40,560 nt of DNA from Ministeria vibrans ATCC 50519 (lineage: Eukaryota; Protista; Filasterea), in assembly GCA_943704425.1 (NCBI GenBank), contig CALSCP010002083.1, positions 1-40,560 on the forward strand, given 5' to 3'. Shown here one piece after another: positions 39,109-40,560 of this stretch (the stretch's first letter is position 1; each line of letters opens with the position of its first letter). The notes beneath the pieces are model-generated. The model had not been told where the DNA came from and searched no databases. It worked only from the letters and a program-made list of their open reading frames with translations. A program made the position numbers and the translations under genes.

Positions 39109-39510
39109 ATGATAACATTTATTTCGGGCCCAATAGACATATCACAAAATATGTTCATTGACATGTACAAAGACCGTATTGACCGAGCTGTAGAACGTGG
39201 TGATAGTTTCATTGTTTGTGATTCAAATGGTGTTGATAATCTAGCTCAAATCTACTTACATAGTGTAGGTCAAGGACATAAAACAACAATCTATCACATA
39301 GGCAAAAAGCCCCGTAATAAGCAAGCAGGAATGAAACTAATAGGAGGATTCAAGGACCATGAATCAAAAGACTCAGCATGTACACTTGCATCTGATTGTG
39401 ACATCCTATGGTACAGATCTGTTAAACAGCAAAAGGAACTATTTGGCAATAAGTATATTGATCGTATTAGCGGAACACAAAAGAATGAATTACGGAGGTT
39501 AAGTATTTAA
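39109..39510 (+). CDS. SLOG-superfamily (YspA/DprA-like Rossmannoid) protein
   Basis: FISG...YKDRIDRAV..GDSFIVCDSNGVDNLAQIYL...KDSACTLASDCDILW...SGTQKNELRR pattern. Confidence 0.6.
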   Translation: MITFISGPIDISQNMFIDMYKDRIDRAVERGDSFIVCDSNGVDNLAQIYLHSVGQGHKTTIYHIGKKPRNKQAGMKLIGGFKDHESKDSACTLASDCDILWYRSVKQQKELFGNKYIDRISGTQKNELRRLSI

Positions 39511-39565
39511 AACGAATAAAAAAGGGCTTAAAGACATGCTTATTTAATAGCTTAATATTATAATA

Positions 39566-39943
39566 ATGAGTGACACAACATTTCACAGCAAGATTTTGAA
39601 CGTAACCGAAAATAACATGAAATACAACAACTGTACAGGAACGGTAACGGTAGTTGGCAACTGTATCGGGATCAATTTAACACGAAATCTTAGCATAGCC
39701 GAGCAACATAAAAGAGACAAAAACGGATGTAAACGTAGATTCGCTCCACCAAAAGAATTGTGTGGAATAATAGGTATGCAGTTGATACTGAAAAAGTCAT
39801 TAACTTTTGATAACTGGATAACCCTTGAATGGGAAGGTTCAGATGACAAACTAAATACAATATCTTTTACATGTGACAGTGTAGAACAAAGTCATAAGTT
39901 GCGTAACCTTTTAGTAGAGATGAAGCCATCTGCGAGTGTGTGA
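39566..39943 (+). CDS. Hypothetical protein, possibly PH-like fold
   Basis: Beta-rich with a terminal helix (ISFTCDSVEQSHKLRNLL); the stop codon lies inside the right TIR. Confidence 0.65.
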   Translation: MSDTTFHSKILNVTENNMKYNNCTGTVTVVGNCIGINLTRNLSIAEQHKRDKNGCKRRFAPPKELCGIIGMQLILKKSLTFDNWITLEWEGSDDKLNTISFTCDSVEQSHKLRNLLVEMKPSASV

Positions 39944-40558
39944 ATAAGTGTGTGTTCGGGCTCTGCTACTCCTCTTCTACTGCTATGAAAACATTTTTTT
40001 GGAAACACACTTAAAGATTTGTATTGTATATGAACTATACAATATGGAACACAAACAATCAAGACGCGAATATGACCAGAAAAGGTATCTTGCTAATAGA
40101 GATGAAATGTTGGCTAAAAGAAAGGAATACTATGAGCTTAATAGTGACCATATTAAGGAGAAAATTACTTGCGAATGTGGTCAGTTAATTGGCCGTCATT
40201 GTATGTTGTCCCATTTACGCGGAGATGGTCACAAACGTTGGGCTAATAGGGGATGCTTCAAGGAGTTTAACATAAGACATAACGAAGATAAATGCGAGTT
40301 GACTCTTCAGTACAGGGATAATGATGGTGTAAAGAAGTGTATTAGGAAGCGATATAGCAAGTGTGGTTATGATGCCGGATACGCCTATATGTGTGCTAAG
40401 CAGGCTGATCTTATCAAAGAATATTCTGCATAAATTTTTGTTTTTCCAGCCCTGCTCACCACATTTTAATAGCCACAAATTATATCAGTTAATTATTCAA
40501 CTAATATAATCAAATAATGGAAAAAGTTATTCCGCAAATTCGGTATGGCACAGTTTTT
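39935..40558 (-). repeat. Right terminal inverted repeat (624 bp)
   Basis: Reverse complement of 18624-19247. Confidence 0.97.
40044..40433 (+). CDS. TIR-encoded Zn-finger + AP2-like DNA-binding protein (right copy)
   Basis: Identical to 18749-19138; CACTTAAAGA motif about 30 nt upstream. Confidence 0.8.
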   Translation: MEHKQSRREYDQKRYLANRDEMLAKRKEYYELNSDHIKEKITCECGQLIGRHCMLSHLRGDGHKRWANRGCFKEFNIRHNEDKCELTLQYRDNDGVKKCIRKRYSKCGYDAGYAYMCAKQADLIKEYSA

Positions 40559-40560
40559 GA

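Larger units (their letters stand above)
18624..40558. mobile_element. Polinton-like virus (endogenous or co-assembled), ~21.9 kb, triple-MCP type with rve integrase
   Basis: 624-bp TIRs; intronless AT-rich dense ORFs; pPolB, A32 ATPase, three DJR MCP-like and two penton-like genes, rve integrase. Confidence 0.93.

Noticed and set aside
18624-40558. Classification as a virophage (Lavidaviridae) or canonical Maverick
   Set aside because: MCPs are ~400 aa, PLV-like and triplicated, and no cysteine protease is evident.

Overview
Scaffold from an intron-rich microbial eukaryote (short GT-AG introns, GT/GA microsatellites; PRPF31, vezatin-like and AIMP1-like genes suggest an Amorphea/opisthokont-like protist, which is inference). 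It has two N-gaps (9686-10010, 17883-18621). Bases 1-17882 are host genes plus a dense, atypical tRNA cluster at 6864-8069 (Val/Arg/Ala isotypes, G34 anticodons, A54/A60 T-loops, altered anticodon loops). Bases 18624-40558 are an apparently complete ~21.9 kb, AT-richer, intronless Polinton-like virus (PLV) bounded by 624-bp terminal inverted repeats. It encodes three tandem major capsid proteins, two penton-like proteins, an A32-type packaging ATPase, an rve integrase and a 1376-aa pPolB/SF1-helicase/GIY-YIG/AP2-like fusion. The most notable feature is a tRNA system in the virus: a tightly packed six-unit array (one tRNA mimic plus Glu-TTC, Gly-GCC, Glu-CTC, Asp-GTC, Gly-TCC, i.e. only GAN/GGN decoders) and a second tRNA-like ncRNA behind a closely similar promoter. 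The host-side array covers GUN/GCN plus CGN and shares the same odd structural traits. All protein assignments come from motifs read by eye; no database search was run.
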